DNA of 64,000 bases from an uncultured virus (IMG/VR IMGVR_UViG_3300027914_001419) (Duplodnaviria > Heunggongvirae > Uroviricota > Caudoviricetes), in the IMG/VR virus record IMGVR_UViG_3300027914_001419. One strand, given 5' to 3'. Below are positions 27,642 to 36,913 of this stretch, piece after piece. The notes beneath the pieces were generated by a model that did no database searches, was not told where the DNA came from, and saw only the letters and a list, made by a program, of their open reading frames with translations. Within the stretch, counting starts at the first letter, position 1. The number at the start of each line of letters is the position of its first letter. The position numbers were made by a program, and so were the translations under genes.

Positions 27642-27776
27642 TCAGAAAACAAGCCACAACGCGGCGCAGATCATGAGCAACACGCCGAGCGCCTTGCGCA
27701 AGATAACCGCGGTTGACGATTTCCAGAACATGCAGGCAACCAGAACCAGGGCGATGAAGGTAGTGAGTGTTCCCAT
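27642..27776 (-). CDS. Small two-TM membrane moron (44 aa)
   Basis: AGGAGG RBS; MGTLTTFIALVLVACMFWKSSTAVILRKALGVLLMICAALWLVF. Confidence 0.6.
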   Translation of the reverse strand: MGTLTTFIALVLVACMFWKSSTAVILRKALGVLLMICAALWLVF

Positions 27777-27853
27777 AGCGGCCTCCTGAATTGGGATGAT
27801 GGGGCAAGGATATCATGGCTGAAAACAAAGCGCAAAATTAACAGGAGAGGCAT

Positions 27854-30800
27854 ATGGCCCAGCCATCCGTAATGGAAATCATCATCGCCGCAAAGGATGC
27901 GTTTTCCAAGACCTTCGACAAGATAGACGCTGACCTGAAAGAGCTGGCCCGCACGGGAAACAACGTCTCCGGCATTCTCGACAACGCCTTCAGGTCTCTC
28001 AACCTGCGTTCCGCCTTCGACATCGAAAAGGAGAAGGTGAAGCTCGTTCAGGCGTTCGAGCGGATCAAGACCTCCGGTGTCGCCTCCGCCGACGAGATCA
28101 AGCGGGCGCAAGCGGCGCTGAAGGAACAGCTCGCCGGGCTGGACAAGGAGCTGAAGGGGAACGCGGGCGGTTTTCTCTCCCTGAAGGGCGCCGCCGGGGC
28201 TCTCTCCGGAGCGCTGGCCACGGTGGGGATCGGCGCTCTGGCCAAGGACTGTATTGACGCGGCCCTGAAGGTGCAGAAGCTGGAGACCTCGTTCCGCTCC
28301 GTGTCCGGCCAGGACGCGGCGCGGGAGATGGCGTTCGTGCGCGAGGAGGCCGACCGTCTGGGCCTGGATATCGCTTCCGCCGCCGACAAGTACGGCAAGC
28401 TGGCCGCCGCCAGCAAGGGCACGGCCCTGGAGGGGGAAGAGACCCGCCGCATATTCACGGCGTTGTCCGAGGCGTCCACCGCCCTGGGGCTGTCCGGCGA
28501 AGATGCCGCCGGGGCGCTGAACGCCGTGCAGCAGATGATGAGCAAGGGCAAGGTGTCCGCCGAGGAGATGCGCCAGCAACTGGGCGAGCGTCTGCCGGGC
28601 GCGTTCCAGATCGCGGCCAGGGCCATGGGGGTATCCACCGCCGAGCTGGACAAGATGATGGAACGGGGGGAGTTGACCGCCGACGAGTTCCTGCCCAAGC
28701 TACGCGCGGCTCTGCACGATACCTACGGCAAGGCCGCCGAAGAGGCGTCACAAAAAGGCCAGGCCGCCATTAACCGCTTCAACAACGAGATGCTGGAGAC
28801 GAAGGCGAAGGTGGGCGAAGCGTTAATGCCCGCCTTTACCGACATCCTCAAGGGGATGAAGCCTCTCTCGGAGGCAATCGTCTTTTTGCTCAAAGGGTTC
28901 GCCTTCCTCGGTCCCCTGATAGGCATGACCATGGACAAGCTGGCGGCCCTGGCCAGGGCGCCGCTCGATGGTATTGACGCGACCCGGAAGAAGATGGAGG
29001 AGATTGAAAACAACTTTTTCAAGACCGTTGACGATATCCAGAAGAGATACAGCGGGTACGCTGAAAGCTCCAAAAAGACTGACAAGGAACTGGCCGATGA
29101 GAAGGCGGCAGCCGCTGAACTTCAGATTAAGGCAGCCGGCAAGGTGTCAATAGAACAGATAAAGGCAGCCGAAGCCGCCGCCAAGGCGATGGGTGATATA
29201 GACCGCGAATTAACCGAGAAGTACGAGCTTTCATATCGCGAGAGAGTGGCCAAGGTGGAGGCGTACTATGCCACGCATATAAAGGCGGCGGAAAAAAACA
29301 AGACCGAGCTGGAATTCTGGACTAAAGCCCAATCTCAGGCCCTGTTGAAGCTGGAGGAACAGCACAAGGGGGACGCGGTCCTTATCGAGATGGACAAGGC
29401 CCGCGCCGTATTGGACGTGATCCGCGCCGGAAACGAGGATCGTAAAAGCCTTATTGAAGAGCAGGTAAACCAGCGTGTAATCACGGAGCGGCAGGGCCGC
29501 CGGGAAATGCTGGAGATGGAGGCGGACGCCGCTATCCGGTCCTATGACCTGGAGAAGAGCCGCTTCGAGCATATTTCCGGCCTGTATGACCGGCAAACGG
29601 AACCCTACAAGGAGTCTCTGGAGGCTATGACGCGGGCGCTGTCCGCCCATACGGCCGCGGAGGCGGAACTGGCGCGGGAGGCCGAGGCGGTCCGCCGGGA
29701 AGAGATCCAGAAATCCTCCCTGGACTACCAGCTCGAGCTGCAAAAGCGCCTGGACTGGCTGGCCGACTCCGAACGGGACGGCCTCATCACCCATCAGCAG
29801 GCGGCCCGCGACAAGCTGGAGGCGGAGAAGAACTATCTGGCCCAGGTAGCGGAACTGAAGCGGCGGGAACTGGCCGACGCCATCCCCGACACGGTGGAGT
29901 ACAAGCGGGCCCTGGCGGAGAAATACGAGGCCGACCGGGCCTACGCCGAAAAAAGGAAGGCCCTGGAAGACCAGATCAACGCCGATATCATCGCCGGGCA
30001 GGAAAAGGCGGCAGCCTCGGCGAAAAAGGCGGCGGCTGAAGAGGGAGCGGCCTTCCGCGCCCTGGCCGAGGGCTTTTACGCCCAGTGGGACGCCATCACC
30101 AACCGCGTCATCGCCCTGGGGCCAAAGGTGGCGGCGGCCTTCGGGGTCTCCATCAAGGACACGGCCCTGAAGACCGTGGACCAATTGCAGGCCAAGCTGG
30201 AAGAGGTGGCGGTGTCGGCCCGCAAGGCCGCCGAGGCCGCGCGGGATATCGGTCTCTTTTCCAGCCTGCTGGGGGAGCACGCCAAGAAGGCCGAACAGCT
30301 CGCCTACCGTTATTACAGCCAGCGCCTGGCGGTTACGGAGCTGACCGAACAGTTGAAGCAAATGGGCCTGGCCACCGAGTGGCAGCTCCGGAGCGCCGCC
30401 TCGCTGGTCAAACAGATGGACCTCCTGAACGATTCCGACCTGGAGGACCTGCGCGGCGAAATAGACCGCCTCACCCAGTCGCTGAAGGAGGCCCATGATG
30501 AGGCCGAGGATACGGTGAACAGCCTGCGCGACGAGCTGGACCAGATGCTGGGCAACAAGGAAGCCATCGAGGAGCGGGACTACCAGGCGAAGAAGGATGA
30601 TCTGCTCGCCAGGCTGGCCGAGGCGCAAGAGGCCGGAAACACGGCTATCGTCAACGAGTACCAGGAAGCGCTCCGGCTGCTGGATGAGCTGCACAAGCGC
30701 AAAATGGCCAACATCAAAGAAGAGGCCGAGGCGGCCCGCAAGGAACGGGAGAAGGAGGCGGCCGCGTCCTCTTCATCATCGTCCGCCCTGGCGCCCGGCT

Positions 30801-31279
30801 TCGCGGGCGGCGGCCGTTTCCCCGGCCCGGATTCGCCGGTGGATAACCTGCTGGTGCGGGTGCGTTCCGGGGAGTGGGCGGTAAATAACGAGGCGGTCCA
30901 TTTCTGGGAGAGCAATATCGGGCGGGGGTTCATGGCCGGTATCAACGACCCCCTGAGCGCGGCGGGCCGCCAGATATGGGAGCGGCTGAAGGCCAAAGCG
31001 GGCGCGTGGAAGGATTACATCCATATCCCCACGCCCAAGGTGAACTTTGCCACGGGCGGGCCCTTCGACTCCGCTCGGGGCGCCAGTATCTTCCCCGCCC
31101 TCGCCGCGCTGGCGCGGGCGCCTGAGACCCCGTTCGCCGATGCAGGGGAGGTGAAACCGGCCACCACGCAGAGGCTGATTCTCCAGAGCCCGTCCGGGAA
31201 GCAGATAACCACCGACATCCATGGCAGCGTGAAGCAATTCCTCGGATTACTGGAGGAAGCCGGAATGAGGACCGTATGA
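27854..31279 (+). CDS. Tape measure protein
   Basis: 1141 aa, Ala/Glu/Lys-rich helical; QMMSKGKVSAEEMRQQLGERLPGA tape-measure domain. Confidence 0.93.
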   Translation: MAQPSVMEIIIAAKDAFSKTFDKIDADLKELARTGNNVSGILDNAFRSLNLRSAFDIEKEKVKLVQAFERIKTSGVASADEIKRAQAALKEQLAGLDKELKGNAGGFLSLKGAAGALSGALATVGIGALAKDCIDAALKVQKLETSFRSVSGQDAAREMAFVREEADRLGLDIASAADKYGKLAAASKGTALEGEETRRIFTALSEASTALGLSGEDAAGALNAVQQMMSKGKVSAEEMRQQLGERLPGAFQIAARAMGVSTAELDKMMERGELTADEFLPKLRAALHDTYGKAAEEASQKGQAAINRFNNEMLETKAKVGEALMPAFTDILKGMKPLSEAIVFLLKGFAFLGPLIGMTMDKLAALARAPLDGIDATRKKMEEIENNFFKTVDDIQKRYSGYAESSKKTDKELADEKAAAAELQIKAAGKVSIEQIKAAEAAAKAMGDIDRELTEKYELSYRERVAKVEAYYATHIKAAEKNKTELEFWTKAQSQALLKLEEQHKGDAVLIEMDKARAVLDVIRAGNEDRKSLIEEQVNQRVITERQGRREMLEMEADAAIRSYDLEKSRFEHISGLYDRQTEPYKESLEAMTRALSAHTAAEAELAREAEAVRREEIQKSSLDYQLELQKRLDWLADSERDGLITHQQAARDKLEAEKNYLAQVAELKRRELADAIPDTVEYKRALAEKYEADRAYAEKRKALEDQINADIIAGQEKAAASAKKAAAEEGAAFRALAEGFYAQWDAITNRVIALGPKVAAAFGVSIKDTALKTVDQLQAKLEEVAVSARKAAEAARDIGLFSSLLGEHAKKAEQLAYRYYSQRLAVTELTEQLKQMGLATEWQLRSAASLVKQMDLLNDSDLEDLRGEIDRLTQSLKEAHDEAEDTVNSLRDELDQMLGNKEAIEERDYQAKKDDLLARLAEAQEAGNTAIVNEYQEALRLLDELHKRKMANIKEEAEAARKEREKEAAASSSSSSALAPGFAGGGRFPGPDSPVDNLLVRVRSGEWAVNNEAVHFWESNIGRGFMAGINDPLSAAGRQIWERLKAKAGAWKDYIHIPTPKVNFATGGPFDSARGASIFPALAALARAPETPFADAGEVKPATTQRLILQSPSGKQITTDIHGSVKQFLGLLEEAGMRTV

Positions 31280-31677
31280 TAACGCTTTACGATGCGGCTG
31301 ATGACATTGCCATCGAGCTGCCCGACGACCTGCACTGGGTTGACGAGTTCGACTGGAGTCCGGTCGCTCAGGCCGCTGAATATTCGTTGGGCGGGAGCCT
31401 CATTATCGAGGAGTCGGTGAAACAGGCCGGTCGCCCGATAACCCTGGGCGGCGCTCACGATGACATGGGGTGGGTCACAAGGGAGACCGTGCTTGCCTTG
31501 CAGGGGCGCAGGAATATTCCCGGACGCACTTTCACCTTGACCCTGAAGGACGCCCGGACGTTCACGGTGGTATTCCGGCAATCTGACGCCCCCATTACCG
31601 CTGTCCCGGTCCTGGCCTGGAATCAAACTGAAAGCGGCCACTGGTACAGCCTGGCGCTTCGGTTCATGGAGGTATAA
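31276..31677 (+). CDS. Distal tail-like protein
   Basis: LPDDLHWVDEFDWSPVAQ...GRPITL; directly after the tape measure gene. Confidence 0.7.
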   Translation: MITLYDAADDIAIELPDDLHWVDEFDWSPVAQAAEYSLGGSLIIEESVKQAGRPITLGGAHDDMGWVTRETVLALQGRRNIPGRTFTLTLKDARTFTVVFRQSDAPITAVPVLAWNQTESGHWYSLALRFMEV

Positions 31678-34600
31678 GTGACGATACTCAAGAGCGATAT
31701 CAAGCTGATGGCGTCCCAGCGGCTCAGCGACTACTACGATGGCGGCGGGGCCATGACCGGTAACGAAGTGGTGTCCGGGGAATTGAACAACCTCTTTCCG
31801 GACATCTCCCGTCTCGACAGGGTGTATGGCAGGGTGAGCCTGCGCAAGTGTTTTCCGGCGGTCATGACAAACAATTCGGACATGTATTACGGGGCGCACG
31901 CCATTATCACCGACCCCCCGGACGACGACAACGTGTATGTCACCATGTTTTCCACCGGGGATTTCGACGACATCCGGGACGACGCCAAAGACCGGATCGA
32001 GAGTTATGTGGGCATGGCCCAGGAGCTCCTGGTGCGGCCCATGAATGACCAGTTGGCGGGGCAGCGGACTATCAACTGCTTTCAGAAAATTAATTCCACC
32101 TACCCGGAGATCGGAAAAACCATAGTCCTGACCAATGTCGTTAATGGCGACACTCAGTATGTCAGGATAACAGGGGTTTCCGTTGTCCGGGAATCCTTTG
32201 TCCATTCGGTCTACGGCGTTTTCGAGGTGGATCTGGTCACCCTCGATATTTCCGCCCCGTTGAACTACACGTTTCCGGGGATTGAGGTCACGCCCTATAC
32301 GACCAAGGCCAATACCCGGATACATGCTACCGTGGTCACGGATGCATCCCGGTACTACGGGGTGTCCAAGGTAGTGCAAGCGATTGCGCAAGGGGCCAGA
32401 ACCTTCAGGGTGGATTCGATCTACAACCAGCTCGTCCCCACCAGCCAGATAGAATCAGCCCTGGTGGACCAGCTCATGGGCGGCGATACGGTGACCTATT
32501 ACCCCAAGGGTCCCGCCGGAAGCATGAGTTTTACCGGGACCCGGAGTGACGCCGCGAACGCCATACACCTCCCCGACGGGGTAATGCCGGGGTCCCTGGA
32601 CATCACCATCCTCGGGTACGCCTTCAAGGACCTGAGGGGCGCCCTGGTCCCGGTGGTAACCGATGGCGGCTTTTCCGGGGTTGTGGATTACGCTTCCGGT
32701 CAGATTAGCATCCAGGGCGCATCCTGGAGCGGCGAGGTATCCCTTACCGCCACGCCGGCGGTAGCCATTCCCGAGTCATACACCACCATGGAGATTCAGG
32801 TCGAGCTGGCGAACCGGTCCTACACCTACACCCCGAACCTGAGCAACCCCACGCCGCAACCCGGCAGCGTGTATATCGACTACATGGCTCAGGGGAAGTG
32901 GTACCGGCTCTACGATGACGGGCGGGGGGTTCTCACGTCTGACCTGGAGAACGTGGGGACCGGCACTGTCGATTACGTGTCCGGGTCTCTGATTGTCACC
33001 CTGGGGGCTCTCCCGGACGTGGGGACCAGCATCATATTCAGTTGGGGCTCGGGGGCCGCCGTAACTGACCGTTCCGGGGGCGTGCCCTATCTGAAGCCGG
33101 TCCTATACAAGGAGCTGAGTTTCTCCGGGGTCGAACCGGGCAGCGTGACTATTACCTGGATGGATGGTTCCCTCAGGACGGCTACCGATGATGGGGAGAG
33201 CAACCTGACCGGGGACGCCACCGGGTACGTGTCCTATGGGGCGGGGAAGGTCTGGATTCAACCGGACACCATACCCCCCAGCGGCACGGAGTACACCATA
33301 GCCTATCAGCAGGAGACCGCCAATTCCATAACCGAGATGGACCCGGTTTTGGATGACAATCTGGTGGAGTATACGATACCCGGCGCGCCTCTCCGGCCAG
33401 GAAGCGTGGCTATCACCTGGCAGGCTAAGCAGATACAGGAGGTGAGACCAGGAGGCGCAACCACCCCTGTTTATGTTACGCATCACCTGATAGACGACTG
33501 CAACGGCAATCTCCGGGTTGATTTGGGTGGCGAGATTGCCGGGACGGTCAACTACACTACCGGGGCAGTCTCTTTTATCGCCATAGGACCCTATCAACGG
33601 CGGAACTATTATTGGGCGCTAGTTAATATCAACCCAGGTGGTACGACGGCTCGATTCTTCATGGTTTATTACCTGACAAACCACACGGAGGAGCTGTATG
33701 GCGGGGTAACCTATGACTACTCCCCGGATACCCCCCCGATGCTGGCGGACAAGCAGGATACCATTGCGGCCCCGGTCCTGACGCTTGACCTGAACCCCTA
33801 TTCAGCGGACCGGATAGTGGCGAATTCCGTGGTATTCAATTTCGGCGGCCACAGGTTCTATGACGTGGCCGGGAAGATATACCGGAACCGGGACGCGGCA
33901 ACCGGGGTAGGAACCTACAGCGGCACCATTGACTACGCCAATGGCAAGGCGACCCTGGATGTTTACCCTTCCATGGCCATGGGGGACATTGACATTGATT
34001 GCCTCTTGTCTTCAAACGCTTCTTATTTGCAACCGGGATATGTGTTCCGGACCCCCGGCGCTCCGGTGCGGGACGGCAGTTTCAGTTGCCGGGCCAACCT
34101 CGAGGACGGGACCCTGATTACTGCCACTGCTGGCACGGATGGGGTGATTCAGGATGACATGATTCTGGGGGCCATAGACACCCAGAACGGCGTGGTGCGG
34201 CTGGCCTTCGGGGAGATGGTGACCGCCGCCGGAAATGAGGAAGAGCCCTGGTACGATGCTTCTCTGGTGGTGGAAGGTATGATATGGAAGCCGGGCGGCG
34301 TGGCCCCCGAGACGGCCCTGTACAATACGGTCCTGTACTCCACCCTCCCGCTGGAAGCGGACCTGGTAGGGATAGAGCCCGTCAGGCTCCCCACTGATGG
34401 CCGGGTCCCGATCTTCAGGCCGGGTGACGTGGTGGTTCTTCACCACACCGCTTCGGAGCCTGTCGGGTCCAGCTTTGTCCAGGACCAGGTTATCCAGCTC
34501 AGCAGGACAAACCTGTCCATCGTGGACCTCATCGACTATCAGGGCAACCTGGTTCTCGAGAGCTACTACACGGTGGACCTGCCCCTCGGAAGAATCACCG

Positions 34601-35235
34601 TCACGAACCCCGCCGGGATGAACGCCTTGACTGACGGCGGGACCCAGAACATCGTGGCGGCCCACCGGATAGAGGACATGCTTCTGATCTCGGAAGCCCA
34701 GATTAACGGGTATCTGTCCTCGGTCGGGCCGGTCACCCACACCTATCCGGCGACAGGCGCGCAGTGTTCTTCGGCCCTCATATTCGGGGACCTCTGCTCC
34801 CGGATTATCCGGTGGTTCACCCAGAAGACGTGGGATGGAATCTACCGGGATGTCCGTAGCGGGGACGATTCAACAGCCAAGTACGATAATCTGAACTACC
34901 CGGTGGTGATGACCAACGATGGCGGGGTAGACCAGCGGTGGGTCATCAAGTTTACCTCCGGCCAGACGGTTGATGTTGTCGGGGAACAGCTCGGCGTCAT
35001 CCTGTCCGGGGCCAGTATCCTCGCGGATATCGCGCCCATCAATCCGGCCACGAATAAACCCTATTTCCGTATCGTGGCGGCGGGCTGGGGGTCGGGCTGG
35101 GTATCCGGGAACAACGTCAGGTTCGACACCTCGGCGGCGAACTACCCCATGTGGCTGGCCCGGACCACCATGCAGGGGGAAGTGACCGAGCCGACTGATA
35201 ACTTCATGCTTCAGATAAGGGGGGATGCAAACTAA
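31678..35235 (+). CDS. Large tail tip/baseplate protein
   Basis: 1185 aa; NNLFPDISRLDRVYGRVSLRK, repeated G.VDY.SG beta motifs, QIRGDAN end. Confidence 0.75.
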   Translation: MTILKSDIKLMASQRLSDYYDGGGAMTGNEVVSGELNNLFPDISRLDRVYGRVSLRKCFPAVMTNNSDMYYGAHAIITDPPDDDNVYVTMFSTGDFDDIRDDAKDRIESYVGMAQELLVRPMNDQLAGQRTINCFQKINSTYPEIGKTIVLTNVVNGDTQYVRITGVSVVRESFVHSVYGVFEVDLVTLDISAPLNYTFPGIEVTPYTTKANTRIHATVVTDASRYYGVSKVVQAIAQGARTFRVDSIYNQLVPTSQIESALVDQLMGGDTVTYYPKGPAGSMSFTGTRSDAANAIHLPDGVMPGSLDITILGYAFKDLRGALVPVVTDGGFSGVVDYASGQISIQGASWSGEVSLTATPAVAIPESYTTMEIQVELANRSYTYTPNLSNPTPQPGSVYIDYMAQGKWYRLYDDGRGVLTSDLENVGTGTVDYVSGSLIVTLGALPDVGTSIIFSWGSGAAVTDRSGGVPYLKPVLYKELSFSGVEPGSVTITWMDGSLRTATDDGESNLTGDATGYVSYGAGKVWIQPDTIPPSGTEYTIAYQQETANSITEMDPVLDDNLVEYTIPGAPLRPGSVAITWQAKQIQEVRPGGATTPVYVTHHLIDDCNGNLRVDLGGEIAGTVNYTTGAVSFIAIGPYQRRNYYWALVNINPGGTTARFFMVYYLTNHTEELYGGVTYDYSPDTPPMLADKQDTIAAPVLTLDLNPYSADRIVANSVVFNFGGHRFYDVAGKIYRNRDAATGVGTYSGTIDYANGKATLDVYPSMAMGDIDIDCLLSSNASYLQPGYVFRTPGAPVRDGSFSCRANLEDGTLITATAGTDGVIQDDMILGAIDTQNGVVRLAFGEMVTAAGNEEEPWYDASLVVEGMIWKPGGVAPETALYNTVLYSTLPLEADLVGIEPVRLPTDGRVPIFRPGDVVVLHHTASEPVGSSFVQDQVIQLSRTNLSIVDLIDYQGNLVLESYYTVDLPLGRITVTNPAGMNALTDGGTQNIVAAHRIEDMLLISEAQINGYLSSVGPVTHTYPATGAQCSSALIFGDLCSRIIRWFTQKTWDGIYRDVRSGDDSTAKYDNLNYPVVMTNDGGVDQRWVIKFTSGQTVDVVGEQLGVILSGASILADIAPINPATNKPYFRIVAAGWGSGWVSGNNVRFDTSAANYPMWLARTTMQGEVTEPTDNFMLQIRGDAN

Positions 35236-36155
35236 TGGCGAGTGTGGTCAGAGTTTACAGGTCAACGGACTCGGGGGCGCCTGCCCATCCGAGCGCTACT
35301 TTCGGCAGTATGGCGGCTCTTTTGAGAGCATGTCTTGTCACGGGCTACGGGACAAAAGACCCGGCGGGATGGGAAGAGCCTTTTACCGAGACGGATAATT
35401 GCGCGGTGTTCCGGGCGTTGGAAGGGGCGCGGCAGTTTTATCAGGTTATGGACAACGTGCCCTCTTACCCCAACGTTACCATCATGAGCGGGTACGAATC
35501 CATGTCAAGCGCCACTGCCGGGCAGGGGAAGTGGGGTGAACGGTATTTCGGAAAGAGGCCTGCTTCCGCTAATGGCGCAACCTGGATGGTAGTCGCCGAC
35601 CAGAGGACCGCCTATGTTTTTCTGGATAACTCGCAAGGGTATACCCCGCATGTTTTCGGGGAATACCAAAGCCTTATTTCTGATGACCCCTATAATTCTT
35701 ACCTTGCAGGGCATACATATTCCTCTGGCCTCTATGTGACTACTGCTTCGGGGAATAGCATGGGTTATACCTTTATGAGTGGGGCTGCTTACGGGCTAGG
35801 TGGCACGTTTACTTTAGGTTCTTTGAATTATGCAGGGGCATACCCAGGACATGGTAAGGCCCTTGCTTCTGTCTGTATAGGAGGGGCTGTCACTGGCTAT
35901 CCCCTAAATTCGACTAAATACTGTCTGGCAGACAGGGATTACGCAGTGCATAAACTGGGGATGTTCTCTGGTGTGGATGGGTTCCTGGCTGGCCATCATC
36001 GAGGGATATACCTTCCCTGGAGTTTCCGTCCCAAAACCCACGATGTGCCTTTTACCTTCAACGGACGAACTATTCTGCCTGTGGATAGTGGATATTCTAC
36101 CTCTACTCAGGGTCAGGGGCAGTTGTGGTTTGATATCACTGATGGTTGGGATTAG
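35235..36155 (+). CDS. Putative receptor-binding/tail fibre protein
   Basis: Conserved-looking N-terminus (LLRACLVTGYG...AGW) and a lower-GC variable C-terminal half. Confidence 0.6.
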   Translation: MASVVRVYRSTDSGAPAHPSATFGSMAALLRACLVTGYGTKDPAGWEEPFTETDNCAVFRALEGARQFYQVMDNVPSYPNVTIMSGYESMSSATAGQGKWGERYFGKRPASANGATWMVVADQRTAYVFLDNSQGYTPHVFGEYQSLISDDPYNSYLAGHTYSSGLYVTTASGNSMGYTFMSGAAYGLGGTFTLGSLNYAGAYPGHGKALASVCIGGAVTGYPLNSTKYCLADRDYAVHKLGMFSGVDGFLAGHHRGIYLPWSFRPKTHDVPFTFNGRTILPVDSGYSTSTQGQGQLWFDITDGWD

Positions 36156-36157
36156 AA

Positions 36158-36493
36158 ATGGCCGATATAGTGATGAATATATTTGTTGATGTGGTACTTC
36201 CAGGGCCTCCCTGGCCCTCTACACCCCCGCATCGGCTTGAGGGCCAGACCTTGCTGGACGGGCAACCGGTGCGGCGGAGAATAGTGGTACAGGACCGGCG
36301 GACGGGGGCCTACATCACCAGCACGGTTACCCAGGATGATGGGATTTTCGCCTTTCGCCATCTTCCGGCCCAGAGCCTTGCCAATCCATATCTGGTCCTC
36401 TGCTTTGACGACCGGCCAACCGAGTTTTTGAACGCCATGGTCTACGACCGGGTGTATCAGGTGGACGATAACGGGAATCCTCCCCAGAACTAA
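36158..36493 (+). CDS. Tail-associated beta-sandwich protein
   Basis: GQPVRRRIVVQDRRTG...DDGIFAF. Confidence 0.6.
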   Translation: MADIVMNIFVDVVLPGPPWPSTPPHRLEGQTLLDGQPVRRRIVVQDRRTGAYITSTVTQDDGIFAFRHLPAQSLANPYLVLCFDDRPTEFLNAMVYDRVYQVDDNGNPPQN

Positions 36494-36502
36494 GGAGTTG
36501 AC

Positions 36503-36913
36503 ATGGGCGCTTCTGAATACCTTGAAATACAAGCGTTGGGCCACCTGCTGAGGTCCTCCACCTGGGCCAAGCCCGCCGAAGTGTGGCTGGCCCTACTGAC
36601 CTCCCTCCCCACGGACCCCGGTGGACTGGTGGAGGTTGCGGCGGCTGATTATGCCCGGATAGCCGTTGGCCCTGACGACGCGGTGTGGTCCGTGCGGGAC
36701 CCGGATAATGCCCATATCAATGCTTCGGTGATTCTGTTTCCCGACCCGGTGAATGATTGGGGGCAGGTGAAGGGAGTGGCCTTCCATGACGCCTCCACCG
36801 GCGGAAACCAGTTTTCCTGGGCGGCCCTGGCCTCCCCCAAAACGGTGAGCGCCGGAGGTCCGGCGTTGATGTTCGCCCCCGGTGCAATAGTGGTGCGGAT
36901 GAACAATGACTGA
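36503..36913 (+). CDS. Tail fibre-associated protein
   Basis: SEYLE...WLALLT..P...EV...YAR...WG.V....HDASTGGN. Confidence 0.7.
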   Translation: MGASEYLEIQALGHLLRSSTWAKPAEVWLALLTSLPTDPGGLVEVAAADYARIAVGPDDAVWSVRDPDNAHINASVILFPDPVNDWGQVKGVAFHDASTGGNQFSWAALASPKTVSAGGPALMFAPGAIVVRMNND

